Positions 15,820-23,549 of a DNA stretch of 36,162 bases are shown piece by piece. The notes beneath the pieces were generated by a model. The model was not told the DNA's origin, did no database searches, and saw nothing but the letters and a program-made list of their open reading frames with translations. This DNA is from Victivallales bacterium. GTDB taxonomy: Bacteria; Verrucomicrobiota; Lentisphaeria; Victivallales; JAUVCU01. Location: the NCBI GenBank assembly GCA_029934175.1, contig JAOZMT010000001.1:85286-121447 (forward strand), read 5' to 3'. Position numbers and translations under genes: made by a program. Each line of letters starts with the position of its first letter. The stretch's first letter is position 1.

Positions 15820-17633
15820 TATGGCGACTTATTGTTCAAATTAAATCTTTTCCTATTTTGAAATTCTTCTTGTTTCCCTTTATTCCATAGTTTTGTTGGT
15901 CTATAATATCCAACTACACGATCATAAATTTCACATGCAGTTCCACATTCTATGCATTTTTCCATTTTTCCTTGATAAGTGCATTTGCATTTAGGACAAT
16001 AAGAGAAAGTTGGTGTAATCGCAAAATATGGAATTTTGGTTTTATATGTAAGCATTCTAATCAAAGGCCAAACAGAATATGGTTGTAACTTTTCTCCAAC
16101 AAAAATAAGAAACATACTTCCACCTGTAAACAAAGGCAAAATTTTGTCGTAATGTTTTATGTAATCATATAGATCATCTGAATAATCCACTGGCAATTTT
16201 AGTCCATTAGTAATAAATTGTTTATCATAGTTTTTGAGAAATTTTGCAAATCTATAGCAACACCCTTCACCAGGTGCTTCTTCCCAATTAAATAGATATC
16301 CTGTTTTTTGCTGCCATTTCAAAATTTCTTGTCTTACTATATTAGCTATTTTCAAACAAAAATCTGTAAAATTATCAGGTTTCCCTAAGAAAATCCATGC
16401 TTCCCAAGCACCTTGAACTGATACAGTTAAGAAATGATGTGAAAAATCTTTGAGATAATGTCTTAAATACGGAAACAGTCCGTATTTCCAAAGTTTATCA
16501 ACTATCTGCCTTTTCTTAATTAATGCAACACATGCAAGATTAACATAGCCAATTAAGGCTTGAAAGAATCTAAATTTATAATTTTGAGCTATAAGTGGCA
16601 AATTGATATCTACTACACCTAAACTTCCAGTTTGTGGTGAACTTCCACCAATAGAAGTTCCTACATTTCGCTTTAATTCAGTTAAATCAAGACGCAATCT
16701 GCAACACATGCTACGAATGTCCGAAACATCCAAATCACTCGAAATCATATTTTGATAATAACCGCCGCCTTTATATGCAGTCCATTCCCATAATAATTCT
16801 TGAATATCTTCAGGAACTCTTTGTTTAAAGTCTTTTGTGATATTTATTGTAATTACAGGAAAAGTAAAAGGCCTTCCCTGAGAATCGCCTTTAATTAATA
16901 ATTTCAACAAATTTCTGTTTATTCTATTCATCAATGCTTGCAATCTTTTATACTCACCATAAGTTATGTCTAATGGTTTTCCAGCTATAACAGGAAGATT
17001 TTTGAGATAATCTGGCACTGTGAAATCTATTGTGAGATTGACAAATGGCGTTTGATTCCACCTACTAGGAGTATTGATACTATATATAAATTCTTGCAAT
17101 CTTTGATAAATTTCTCTATCGCTTAATTCATCAAGTTCCAAATATGGTGCTAAAAGTACATCAAAATCATTTAATGCTACTGCACCTGCTATTTCATTTG
17201 AAACAGTACCGATGAAATTAACTAATTGACCTAATGCTGAACTAAAATGTTTTGGCGGTGCGGAACATGCCGTATTTGAGATGGCTGGTGGAAAACCTTT
17301 GGATAAAATTAGATAGGTATCGAAGCCGCAACAATATGCGGCAATACCCATATTTAAATCGTGAATGTGGAGATATCCATTTCTATGTGCATCTGCTATA
17401 TCGCCTTTGTACAAATTTTCCAAACAATATTCTGCAACTTCATGTCCAGCTAGATATTTTTCTAATTGCGCTAAGGAATATATGGTGTTGGCATTTTCTC
17501 TTTCACGCCAATCTTTCCTTTCCAAATAATCCAAAACTCTGTTTTTTATCTGCCCAATTGCTCCAATAGAATTGGATAAACAAGTTTTCAAAAAATAAAA
17601 TGCTTTCTTCACAAAAGAAAAAAACTGTTTCAT
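15819..17633 (-). CDS. nrdD: anaerobic ribonucleoside-triphosphate reductase (class III)
   Basis: CCRLRLD active-site block, a C-terminal CPKC...CIECG zinc ribbon, and the glycyl-radical motif RVVGYYRP. A GGAGGG ribosome-binding site is present. No N-terminal ATP-cone was seen. Confidence 0.9.
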   Translation of the reverse strand: MKQFFSFVKKAFYFLKTCLSNSIGAIGQIKNRVLDYLERKDWRERENANTIYSLAQLEKYLAGHEVAEYCLENLYKGDIADAHRNGYLHIHDLNMGIAAYCCGFDTYLILSKGFPPAISNTACSAPPKHFSSALGQLVNFIGTVSNEIAGAVALNDFDVLLAPYLELDELSDREIYQRLQEFIYSINTPSRWNQTPFVNLTIDFTVPDYLKNLPVIAGKPLDITYGEYKRLQALMNRINRNLLKLLIKGDSQGRPFTFPVITINITKDFKQRVPEDIQELLWEWTAYKGGGYYQNMISSDLDVSDIRSMCCRLRLDLTELKRNVGTSIGGSSPQTGSLGVVDINLPLIAQNYKFRFFQALIGYVNLACVALIKKRQIVDKLWKYGLFPYLRHYLKDFSHHFLTVSVQGAWEAWIFLGKPDNFTDFCLKIANIVRQEILKWQQKTGYLFNWEEAPGEGCCYRFAKFLKNYDKQFITNGLKLPVDYSDDLYDYIKHYDKILPLFTGGSMFLIFVGEKLQPYSVWPLIRMLTYKTKIPYFAITPTFSYCPKCKCTYQGKMEKCIECGTACEIYDRVVGYYRPTKLWNKGKQEEFQNRKRFNLNNKSP

Positions 17634-17662
17634 TTCGCCCTCCGAAAAGAAGTGGTGTTTTT

Positions 17663-17691
17663 ATCTTAAAACATTTTTTTCTTTTTGTCAA
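17663..17691 (-). promoter_or_regulatory. sigma70-like promoter for nrdDG
   Basis: On the minus strand, TTGACA (17691-17686), a 17-nt spacer and TAAGAT (17668-17663). Confidence 0.5.
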
Positions 17692-17760
17692 GATTTTTTG
17701 TCTATGTAGTAAACTGCTATTAAAATTGCGAATACACAAAAACAATACCAAATTGCTAAT

Positions 17761-18330
17761 TCATACATTTTTCAATCTCCTATCTAAATCTTCTAAAATT
17801 TTTTTATGCTTTCCGAGTTTGATTTTATTTAATAAATCAATCGCTTCTTTACAAACTTTGTCGGGATGTGCACGTATTAAATAATCTAAAAAATTTATCA
17901 CTATATCAGGTTTAATTTCAACTTTGCTTTTCTTAGAATAATATGGACAAGAAGTTACGATATAAATAAAACCTTCGTCTAATCTAGTACTTTTTTTAAG
18001 AACATAAAGCTCTTCTGTACAATGACCAGACATTTCACAAGTTTTACATAATGAATCATTTGCATTGCTTATGTGTACAAGTTCAACATGTATTCCATTA
18101 ATTTCGAAACTTTTCTCATCATTTTGCTTTTGCATTAAATCATTATGGATTTTTTTTAAAAGAATTTGATTCAAGAGACTTTTTGCTTTATCTTTTGGAA
18201 AATCAATTTTTCCAGATTTATATTTTAGAAACTTAGGTCTTGAAATGCCTAATAATTTTTGCACTTTACTTTGGCTAAGACGTTTTCCATAAGCTAATTC
18301 TAAAAATTCCAAAAAAGCATTGAAATCCAT
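17761..18330 (-). CDS. hypothetical protein with an N-terminal helix-turn-helix and Cys-rich centre
   Basis: XRE-like LSQSKVQKLLGISRPKFLKYKSG, followed by CKTCEMSGHC and a later SCPYY. It is coupled directly to the ferredoxin gene: the ferredoxin stop at 18331 abuts this gene's start at 18330. Confidence 0.45.
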   Translation of the reverse strand: MDFNAFLEFLELAYGKRLSQSKVQKLLGISRPKFLKYKSGKIDFPKDKAKSLLNQILLKKIHNDLMQKQNDEKSFEINGIHVELVHISNANDSLCKTCEMSGHCTEELYVLKKSTRLDEGFIYIVTSCPYYSKKSKVEIKPDIVINFLDYLIRAHPDKVCKEAIDLLNKIKLGKHKKILEDLDRRLKNV

Positions 18331-18516
18331 TTAATCTCCTTCCATTTTAATACAGTCATTCGGACAACTTTCCACACAATTGCCGCAACCCATACAATCA
18401 TCTGGAAATATTGCCTGAGCTTTATTTCCAACTAATGCCCAAACTCCATTAGGGCAAACTTCAACGCATTCACCACATCCCGTACAGCATTCATCTATGT
18501 GAATGATTTTTTGCAT
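18331..18516 (-). CDS. 2x[4Fe-4S] ferredoxin
   Basis: Two canonical cluster motifs, CTGCGECVEVCP and CMGCGNCVESCP, in 61 aa. Confidence 0.85.
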   Translation of the reverse strand: MQKIIHIDECCTGCGECVEVCPNGVWALVGNKAQAIFPDDCMGCGNCVESCPNDCIKMEGD

Positions 18517-18522
18517 ATTGCT

Positions 18523-18550
18523 AGTGTAAATGAAAAAATAAATTTGTCAA
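18523..18550 (-). promoter_or_regulatory. sigma70-like promoter for the ferredoxin operon (possibly a leaderless transcript)
   Basis: On the minus strand, TTGACA (18550-18545), a 16-nt spacer and TACACT (18528-18523). The predicted start site falls at or next to ATG 18516, and no ribosome-binding site is present. Confidence 0.35.
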
Positions 18551-18559
18551 GAGGCTAAA

Positions 18560-19106
18560 ATGTGAAAGTGCAGGCAGGCAGCGGGCGAAGAATTGCAAAA
18601 CTCCATTTTTTCATAATGTAAAATTTCTGTAAAGATTTTCTTCTGGAATTTACGAAAATGTAGATTTGACGCCGCTTGCGGCGCTTCTTGAACACCCTAA
18701 TTAGTTTTGGATTTAATTACTGAGTATGGAAAAAGCAAGCACTTGGGTATTTGTATAGAAAGCATAGTGTGGATTATCCTAAAAGACTCTGGAACTAGTT
18801 TTTACTAGCAGACCTTCTTATAGTTGTTCGTATGTGCACTGGTGTATGAATGTTTCGTACGGAATATTCGTTTCGAGTGATTTGTTTTTTGAAAGTTTAA
18901 CCAAAATAGCTCTGGTTGTTAAATTTTGACTGGAATGTTATTAGTTCTTCTGTCAGCCTATAAGTACAGGATGGACCCTATAAGACACTGTCGAATGCTT
19001 GGGACATAGTATGTGAATCTGAATGGTTTTATTCGTTCTCAGATGAACCACCTTTGGAATTGGCCTTGAAGGTCACTTGGTTCTCTTTCTGCCTCTTTTT
19101 TTTTCT
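18560..19106 (+). ncRNA. candidate large structured non-coding RNA (unclassified; strand tentative)
   Basis: - The track shows no ORF on either strand, and reading the plus strand I found only short ORFs (longest seen 27 aa).
- G+C is raised: hand counts give 27/60 at 18541-18600, 25/60 at 18661-18720 and 25/60 at 18961-19020.
- The plus strand is G+T-rich.
- Hairpins are present at 18670-18683 (GCCG-CUUG-CGGC), 18788-18812, 19017-19044 and 19045-19083.
- The last hairpin is followed 12 nt downstream by a T9 run at 19096-19104. Confidence 0.4.
19045..19104 (+). terminator. possible intrinsic terminator closing the candidate ncRNA
   Basis: GAACCA (19045-19050) pairs with TGGTTC (19078-19083), and CCTT pairs with AAGG inside the stem. 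Nine T residues follow at 19096-19104. The stem-to-T distance is longer than canonical. Confidence 0.3.
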
Positions 19107-19146
19107 TAGTTTCTTGGTATGGAGTGTTTTTATAAGCTTACAGATT

Positions 19147-19170
19147 AGATATTATATATTATATATATCT
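19147..19170. repeat. AT-rich near-perfect palindrome
   Basis: AGATAT (19147-19152) and ATATCT (19165-19170) flank an alternating (TA)n core that can form a cruciform. Confidence 0.6.
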
Positions 19171-19301
19171 ATAGCTAAAAGACCAAAACTAGTATTATAG
19201 ACTCTCTATAGTTTGTAGCTTATATTGTAGATACCGCATGTTAACAAAATTTGTAAAGTGTTTTGTCAAAGATTTTCTTAAAAACTATATTAAAAATTTA
19301 G

Positions 19302-19378
19302 TATTTAAATTTTAATATTTTAAATTCAACTATTTATTTTTCCCGATTTTTTCGCTATTTAAGTTTTAATATTTTAAA
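19302..19378. repeat. two copies of a 23-nt direct repeat (iteron-like)
   Basis: TATTTAAATTTTAATATTTTAAA (19302-19324) and TATTTAAGTTTTAATATTTTAAA (19356-19378) differ at 1 position. Their starts are 54 nt apart. Confidence 0.7.
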
Positions 19379-19495
19379 ATGAAATATTAAATTTTTATGG
19401 ATTTATTTTTTGACTTTAGTTTTACAAATTTTTAAAATTTTTATATAAAATTTTCTTGCTTTTCTTTTTACTTTAATTTGATTTTTTTCTTCTTG

Positions 19496-19524
19496 TTGAC
19501 ATAATAAAAAATTTATGTTATCCT
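19496..19524 (+). promoter_or_regulatory. rightward sigma70-like promoter P1 (extended -10)
   Basis: TTGACA (19496-19501), a 17-nt spacer, and TGtTATCCT with the -10 element at 19519-19524. Confidence 0.45.
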
Positions 19525-19551
19525 TGACAAAGAAATTTGATATGTTAAAAT
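19524..19551 (+). promoter_or_regulatory. rightward sigma70-like promoter P2 (extended -10)
   Basis: TTGACA (19524-19529), a 16-nt spacer, and TGtTAAAAT with the -10 element at 19546-19551. It is followed by an AAGAGG ribosome-binding site and ATG 19575. Confidence 0.55.
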
Positions 19552-19574
19552 AAAAAAAACTTTAAGAGGTTAAA

Positions 19575-20120
19575 ATGCAAGATTATCCAAATTTTTATTA
19601 TCATAATTATAAGGCTTATCAAATTTTAATTAATTATAGAGAATCTAAGTTAAAAAATATTTCAGATGTTTTTACGCCAAATTTGGTAATTGCCGTTCCT
19701 CAACCTAATTTGGCTTCAAATCCTTTTGAATGGGTTCTTAAGTATTTTCGTCCTAGTACTATTTTATATATCGCAGATTGGCTGACATTAAATCCCGATT
19801 TAGTAGGTACGTTTCCATTAAAGGATAAAAATAAGAAAATTGTTAATACATTATTTAAATTTGCTCAACGGTTCAAGACATCTTTCAATGTTGCCAAAAC
19901 ATTTGGTTATGTAGCAGTGGATAGTAGATTATGGAAATTTTTAAATGGAAAAAATAAAATTTCGTTGGATTATTATTTATGTTTAGTTTATAAACATAGG
20001 AAAAAATTTCATAATAATTATCGAGGAGTATATGCGCATTTTCTACGAAATCTTAATTTAGAAGATGAAGTTAGAAAGATAATGGAAGCTTATAAGGCTC
20101 ATTTGTTAAGAGATATTTAA
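19575..20120 (+). CDS. hypothetical early protein
   Basis: The first ORF after the tandem promoters, with an AAGAGG ribosome-binding site. No recognisable motifs. Confidence 0.5.
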   Translation: MQDYPNFYYHNYKAYQILINYRESKLKNISDVFTPNLVIAVPQPNLASNPFEWVLKYFRPSTILYIADWLTLNPDLVGTFPLKDKNKKIVNTLFKFAQRFKTSFNVAKTFGYVAVDSRLWKFLNGKNKISLDYYLCLVYKHRKKFHNNYRGVYAHFLRNLNLEDEVRKIMEAYKAHLLRDI

Positions 20121-20137
20121 TATGGTGGTGATTCAAA

Positions 20138-20293
20138 ATGAATGATAGTCAATTGGATGATCTGATTGATGTTTGCAAAAGAATTTTGGAAAGTGTTTAT
20201 ATTGACGATGATGATTATATGCCAACAGTTAAATCTGATTATCTTTTTGAAGAATTAAAACAAATTATTGATGAAATAGAGAAAGAGGAGTAA
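20138..20293 (+). CDS. small acidic hypothetical protein (51 aa, below the track cutoff)
   Basis: The ATG at 20138 is preceded by GGTGGTGA. It translates to MNDSQLDDLIDVCKRILESVYIDDDDYMPTVKSDYLFEELKQIIDEIEKEE and fills the gap between two called ORFs. Confidence 0.4.
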   Translation: MNDSQLDDLIDVCKRILESVYIDDDDYMPTVKSDYLFEELKQIIDEIEKEE

Positions 20294-20295
20294 AC

Positions 20296-21327
20296 ATGAA
20301 AAAGAGATGGACTTTAGAAGAAGCGTTAAAATTAAAGGAAGAAAAGAAATACAAAAGTTGGCAGGAACTAGAACAGATTTATGGGAAAAACATTAGAAGG
20401 ACTTATAGACGATTGAAAAAGAGATATCCAGAATTGAATGATGATATTACTAGTGATTCAGAGATTGAAGAATTGAAAGTCGGTCTTAGGAAGGCTGATT
20501 GGCGAAAGATTTTATCACAGGGACAAATGAACGCTGAATTAAATAAGGAAATCTCTGGAATTAAGAATGAATTTGTGATAGATAAATATAAAGATTATCC
20601 TCACCCATATTTTCCAGTGATGTTTACTGCTGATTGGCATATTGGAAATACGTGGACTGATTATAAAGCATTTTTACAATTTATGGAGTTTATTATTGCT
20701 AATCAAATTAAATTATCTGTCGTTGGTGATATGATAGATAATTTCATTTTGGATAATTTAAAATTTCCAATGTTGAACACTTCTTTGACTCCACGTCAGC
20801 AAAAAATAGCTTTGCTTAATCTGCTAGATGAATTGTTAAGGAATGATTGTTTATTGAATCTTTGTCTAGGAAATCACGACCTTAGAAGTGAAAGAGCTAT
20901 TGGTGAAACGATTTTTTCTTTCTTTGATTTAAAAGTGCCTGTATCTCACAATAGAGCTGTAATGGAATTAAAATTCAATAATGTTTCATATAAGATATTG
21001 GAAGTGCATAAAGCTTTGGGTTATAGTATTTATAATAAGCTGCACGCTGGACAACGTGAACTTCGTTGGCATCATCCTGATGCAGATGTAATAGTTTTGG
21101 CACATAGGCATACTCCAGCAATATTGCATGATTATAATTTTAGAAAATGGCAATGGATTGTTATGGTTGGTACTTTTCAAAAACATAGTGAGTATATTTA
21201 TGATTATTGGGATAAGGCTGCAACTATTTATAATCCGATATTTTTATTTGGAACAAAAGAGAAAAAGATAAAGTTAGTTGAGTATTTTGAAGATTTTGAA
21301 AAAATAATGGAAAAGGAGAGAAAATGA
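20296..21327 (+). CDS. calcineurin-like metallophosphoesterase with an N-terminal charged extension
   Basis: The ordered motifs are ADWHIGN (DxH), VVGDMIDN (GD), LGNHDL (GNHD/E) and LAHRHTP. Confidence 0.7.
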   Translation: MKKRWTLEEALKLKEEKKYKSWQELEQIYGKNIRRTYRRLKKRYPELNDDITSDSEIEELKVGLRKADWRKILSQGQMNAELNKEISGIKNEFVIDKYKDYPHPYFPVMFTADWHIGNTWTDYKAFLQFMEFIIANQIKLSVVGDMIDNFILDNLKFPMLNTSLTPRQQKIALLNLLDELLRNDCLLNLCLGNHDLRSERAIGETIFSFFDLKVPVSHNRAVMELKFNNVSYKILEVHKALGYSIYNKLHAGQRELRWHHPDADVIVLAHRHTPAILHDYNFRKWQWIVMVGTFQKHSEYIYDYWDKAATIYNPIFLFGTKEKKIKLVEYFEDFEKIMEKERK

Positions 21328-21689
21328 ATAAAAAATTAGATGAATTTGTTTGTAAAGCATTAGATAGAATAATTCAAGAAGTTCCATTAGTTCAATACTA
21401 TTCAATTAGTAAATTGAGAAAAAAGTATAATGATAGTGGTGGAAGAATTTCTGTTTCTTATGTGCCTGAAATGTTAAAGGCTACTTTCTATTTGTATTCA
21501 TCTTTTTATGAATTCAATCCAGATTCAGAGCTTGACAAAAAAGCTATTATATCATTGCTTTGTCACGAAGTTGGTCACATTTTTATTTGGGAATTGACTG
21601 GTTCAACTAAGGAAATAGAAAAAGCTGCTTCATATGTTGGTAGATTAGTTTATGATTTGGTAGTTAAGGATTTGGGATTAGAGCCTTGA
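21324..21689 (+). CDS. small HExxH-motif protein (putative zinc metallopeptidase-like)
   Basis: Contains LLCHEVGHIF. There is no other support. Confidence 0.35.
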   Translation: MNKKLDEFVCKALDRIIQEVPLVQYYSISKLRKKYNDSGGRISVSYVPEMLKATFYLYSSFYEFNPDSELDKKAIISLLCHEVGHIFIWELTGSTKEIEKAASYVGRLVYDLVVKDLGLEP

Positions 21690-21714
21690 CAGATTTATTT
21701 TTTAAATTTAAAAT
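21686..21714 (+). promoter_or_regulatory. sigma70-like promoter
   Basis: TTGACA (21686-21691), a 17-nt spacer and TAAAAT (21709-21714). The TTGACA overlaps the TGA stop of the preceding gene. Confidence 0.5.
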
Positions 21715-21729
21715 GAAGAAGGGCTAAAG

Positions 21730-22701
21730 ATGAAGAAGAAAAGTGAATTATTTGAAATGTTAACTAAAGAATTAAAGAGTAAAGCAAAACCTAAAAAAGT
21801 ATTGCATTTTGGTATTGCGGGATTGGATTTAATCATCCCTTCGGGAATAGAGTTTAGTAGAATTTTAGAGTTAAGTGGCTTTTCCATGTCTGCGAAAAGT
21901 TTTTTGGCGCAGAAATTATCAGCTAATTTTTTGAATCAAAATGAAGATGCATTGGTATTATATATTGATAGAGAAAATGCATGTGAAGAAAAACGTTTAT
22001 TGGAATTGGGAATTGATATGGAAAGATTTTTCATTGTTCCACCTAACAAATGCCCAACTATTGAGAAATGTTATGAAATGGCATGTGAATTTTTTGATAA
22101 ATCACATGAAGAAGGTATTGATGGTTTAGTGGTTATAGATAGTATTGCTTCATTTGGTGATAGTAAGGCTAAATTGGTAGAAGATCAAGGAAGAGCTGCT
22201 AAAAGATTACATGAATTTTTCCGTAATATTTCTGGACATATTTATGATAATAATTTATTAATTTTTAGTAATCATAAATATATAGCACCAGGATTTATTG
22301 CTAAGGAAGTCAAAAGTGGTGGTCATGCACCTAACTTTTGGGGTCATGTAGCACTAAGTTTAATGAATGTAAGTGCCTTAAAAAGAAATAATGATGAAAC
22401 TTATGCATATGTAATTAAAGCTGAAGTAAGTAAGAATAGGAGAGATGAGCATTTATTTGATTATACAAGATGGGTTTTAGATTTTAAATACGGTGCTCAT
22501 CCGTTTACTGGAGTTTTAGATTATTTAGCTCAAAAAGGAATTATTCAACCTAGAAACAAAGAACATTTTAGGACTTATAAACAATTGCCAGTATTTGAAT
22601 ATGATACTGGCGAAGCAAAAATACAGTTAAGTGAAAGAAATATTGAAAAAGCAAAAGAGATAGTGGAAAAATATAAGTTATTAGAAAAGTTGGAGAAATA
22701 A
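21730..22701 (+). CDS. RecA-family recombinase-like ATPase
   Basis: RecA-like N-terminal layout GIAGLDLIIPSGIEFSRILELSG, a P-loop position reading GFSMSAKS (Ala where the usual Gly precedes Lys), and the Walker B-like LVVIDSIASF. Confidence 0.55.
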   Translation: MKKKSELFEMLTKELKSKAKPKKVLHFGIAGLDLIIPSGIEFSRILELSGFSMSAKSFLAQKLSANFLNQNEDALVLYIDRENACEEKRLLELGIDMERFFIVPPNKCPTIEKCYEMACEFFDKSHEEGIDGLVVIDSIASFGDSKAKLVEDQGRAAKRLHEFFRNISGHIYDNNLLIFSNHKYIAPGFIAKEVKSGGHAPNFWGHVALSLMNVSALKRNNDETYAYVIKAEVSKNRRDEHLFDYTRWVLDFKYGAHPFTGVLDYLAQKGIIQPRNKEHFRTYKQLPVFEYDTGEAKIQLSERNIEKAKEIVEKYKLLEKLEK

Positions 22702-23549
22702 TGGATTTCTTTCCTGCATTAGTTATTGGAGATATTCATTTAAAAGATGATCCTTTTAGATTGAAAGAATGGAATTATCTAAAGGAATGTATCTCTAAAT
22801 TAAATGTAAATAGTTATGTTTTTCTTGGTGATATTATAAATAAAACAAAAGAGCTACCCTTTCATATTTTGTATGATTTTGCTTCTTTTCTATCTAGTCT
22901 AAAAAAACCTTGTTATATTGTGATTGGAAATCATGAAAATGAAGCTAGAAGTACAGAATTAAGACATTCATGGCTTTGTCTTATATCTTTCCTTCCAAAT
23001 GTACATATTTTTCCAAAATTAACAACAAAATTGTTGTACAACAAAACTGTTGCATTTTGGCCATATTATGATAAATCTGTTCCAACTGATGTTGATCTTA
23101 TTTTTTCTCATAAAGATATTAAAGAATTGAATAAGTATTATGATACAGAGTTTGCTATATCTATTAAGGATTTTCCAAAGAAAGCTATAATTTTTAATGG
23201 CCATTTGCATTTTGCTAAGAAAATTAAAAATTTATATATAGCTGGTGCTTGTTTTCCAGCTACTTTTAAAGATAATTATAAATTAAATAGATTTTTATAT
23301 ATTTTATATGATTCAGGTGATGTGGAACAGATTGAAATAAATATTACATCTTTCGATAAAAAAGATAAGTTATATAAATTTTTTAGAGAAAGGGAAATAA
23401 AAGTAGAGACAAAAAAGAAAATTGAATTGCCGAAATTTGAAGGAGAATTTATTTCTTTAGATGAAATTTTAAAAAAATCTGATAATAAGTTATTAAAAAA
23501 TATAATTGCTAAATTAAGGGCGAAATATTTGAAGATAGAGGAATTCTAA
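22701..23549 (+). CDS. sbcD: SbcD/Mre11-type nuclease
   Basis: Phosphoesterase motifs GDIHL, FLGDIINK, IGNHEN and GHLH. An SbcC/Rad50-like gene lies nearby. Confidence 0.7.
   Translation: MDFFPALVIGDIHLKDDPFRLKEWNYLKECISKLNVNSYVFLGDIINKTKELPFHILYDFASFLSSLKKPCYIVIGNHENEARSTELRHSWLCLISFLPNVHIFPKLTTKLLYNKTVAFWPYYDKSVPTDVDLIFSHKDIKELNKYYDTEFAISIKDFPKKAIIFNGHLHFAKKIKNLYIAGACFPATFKDNYKLNRFLYILYDSGDVEQIEINITSFDKKDKLYKFFREREIKVETKKKIELPKFEGEFISLDEILKKSDNKLLKNIIAKLRAKYLKIEEF

Noticed and set aside
15819-17633. Inteins or introns are often found in phage nrdD, polA and primase-helicase genes.
   Set aside because: All three ORFs are continuous, of normal length, and their conserved motifs are normally spaced. 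No Cys/Ser...His-Asn-bounded insertion was seen.
18561-18576. GTGAAAGTGCAGGC resembles the RNase P RNA conserved region GAGGAAAGUCCGGGC. AGATGAA (19041-19047) and ACAGGATGG (18966-18974) loosely recall other RNase P blocks.
   Set aside because: The matches are partial. The later blocks occur in the wrong order relative to RNase P (the ACAGAA-like block precedes the AGAUGAA-like block), and the P4 pairing partner was not found. I treat this as coincidence unless a covariance model says otherwise.
18517-19110. Possible tmRNA, tRNA-like element, group I or II intron, or hammerhead ribozyme in the non-coding island.
   Set aside because: I found no GGTTCGAAT-type T-arm or tRNA-like acceptor end, no group II domain V consensus, and no interrupted flanking gene that an intron would split. 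CGAAA and CTGAGTA occur, but not in a hammerhead core arrangement.
19290-19450. The AT-rich repeats could be a CRISPR array.
   Set aside because: Only two copies of the 23-mer exist. The repeat is essentially pure A/T, no regular repeat-spacer periodicity continues, and no cas genes are in the window.
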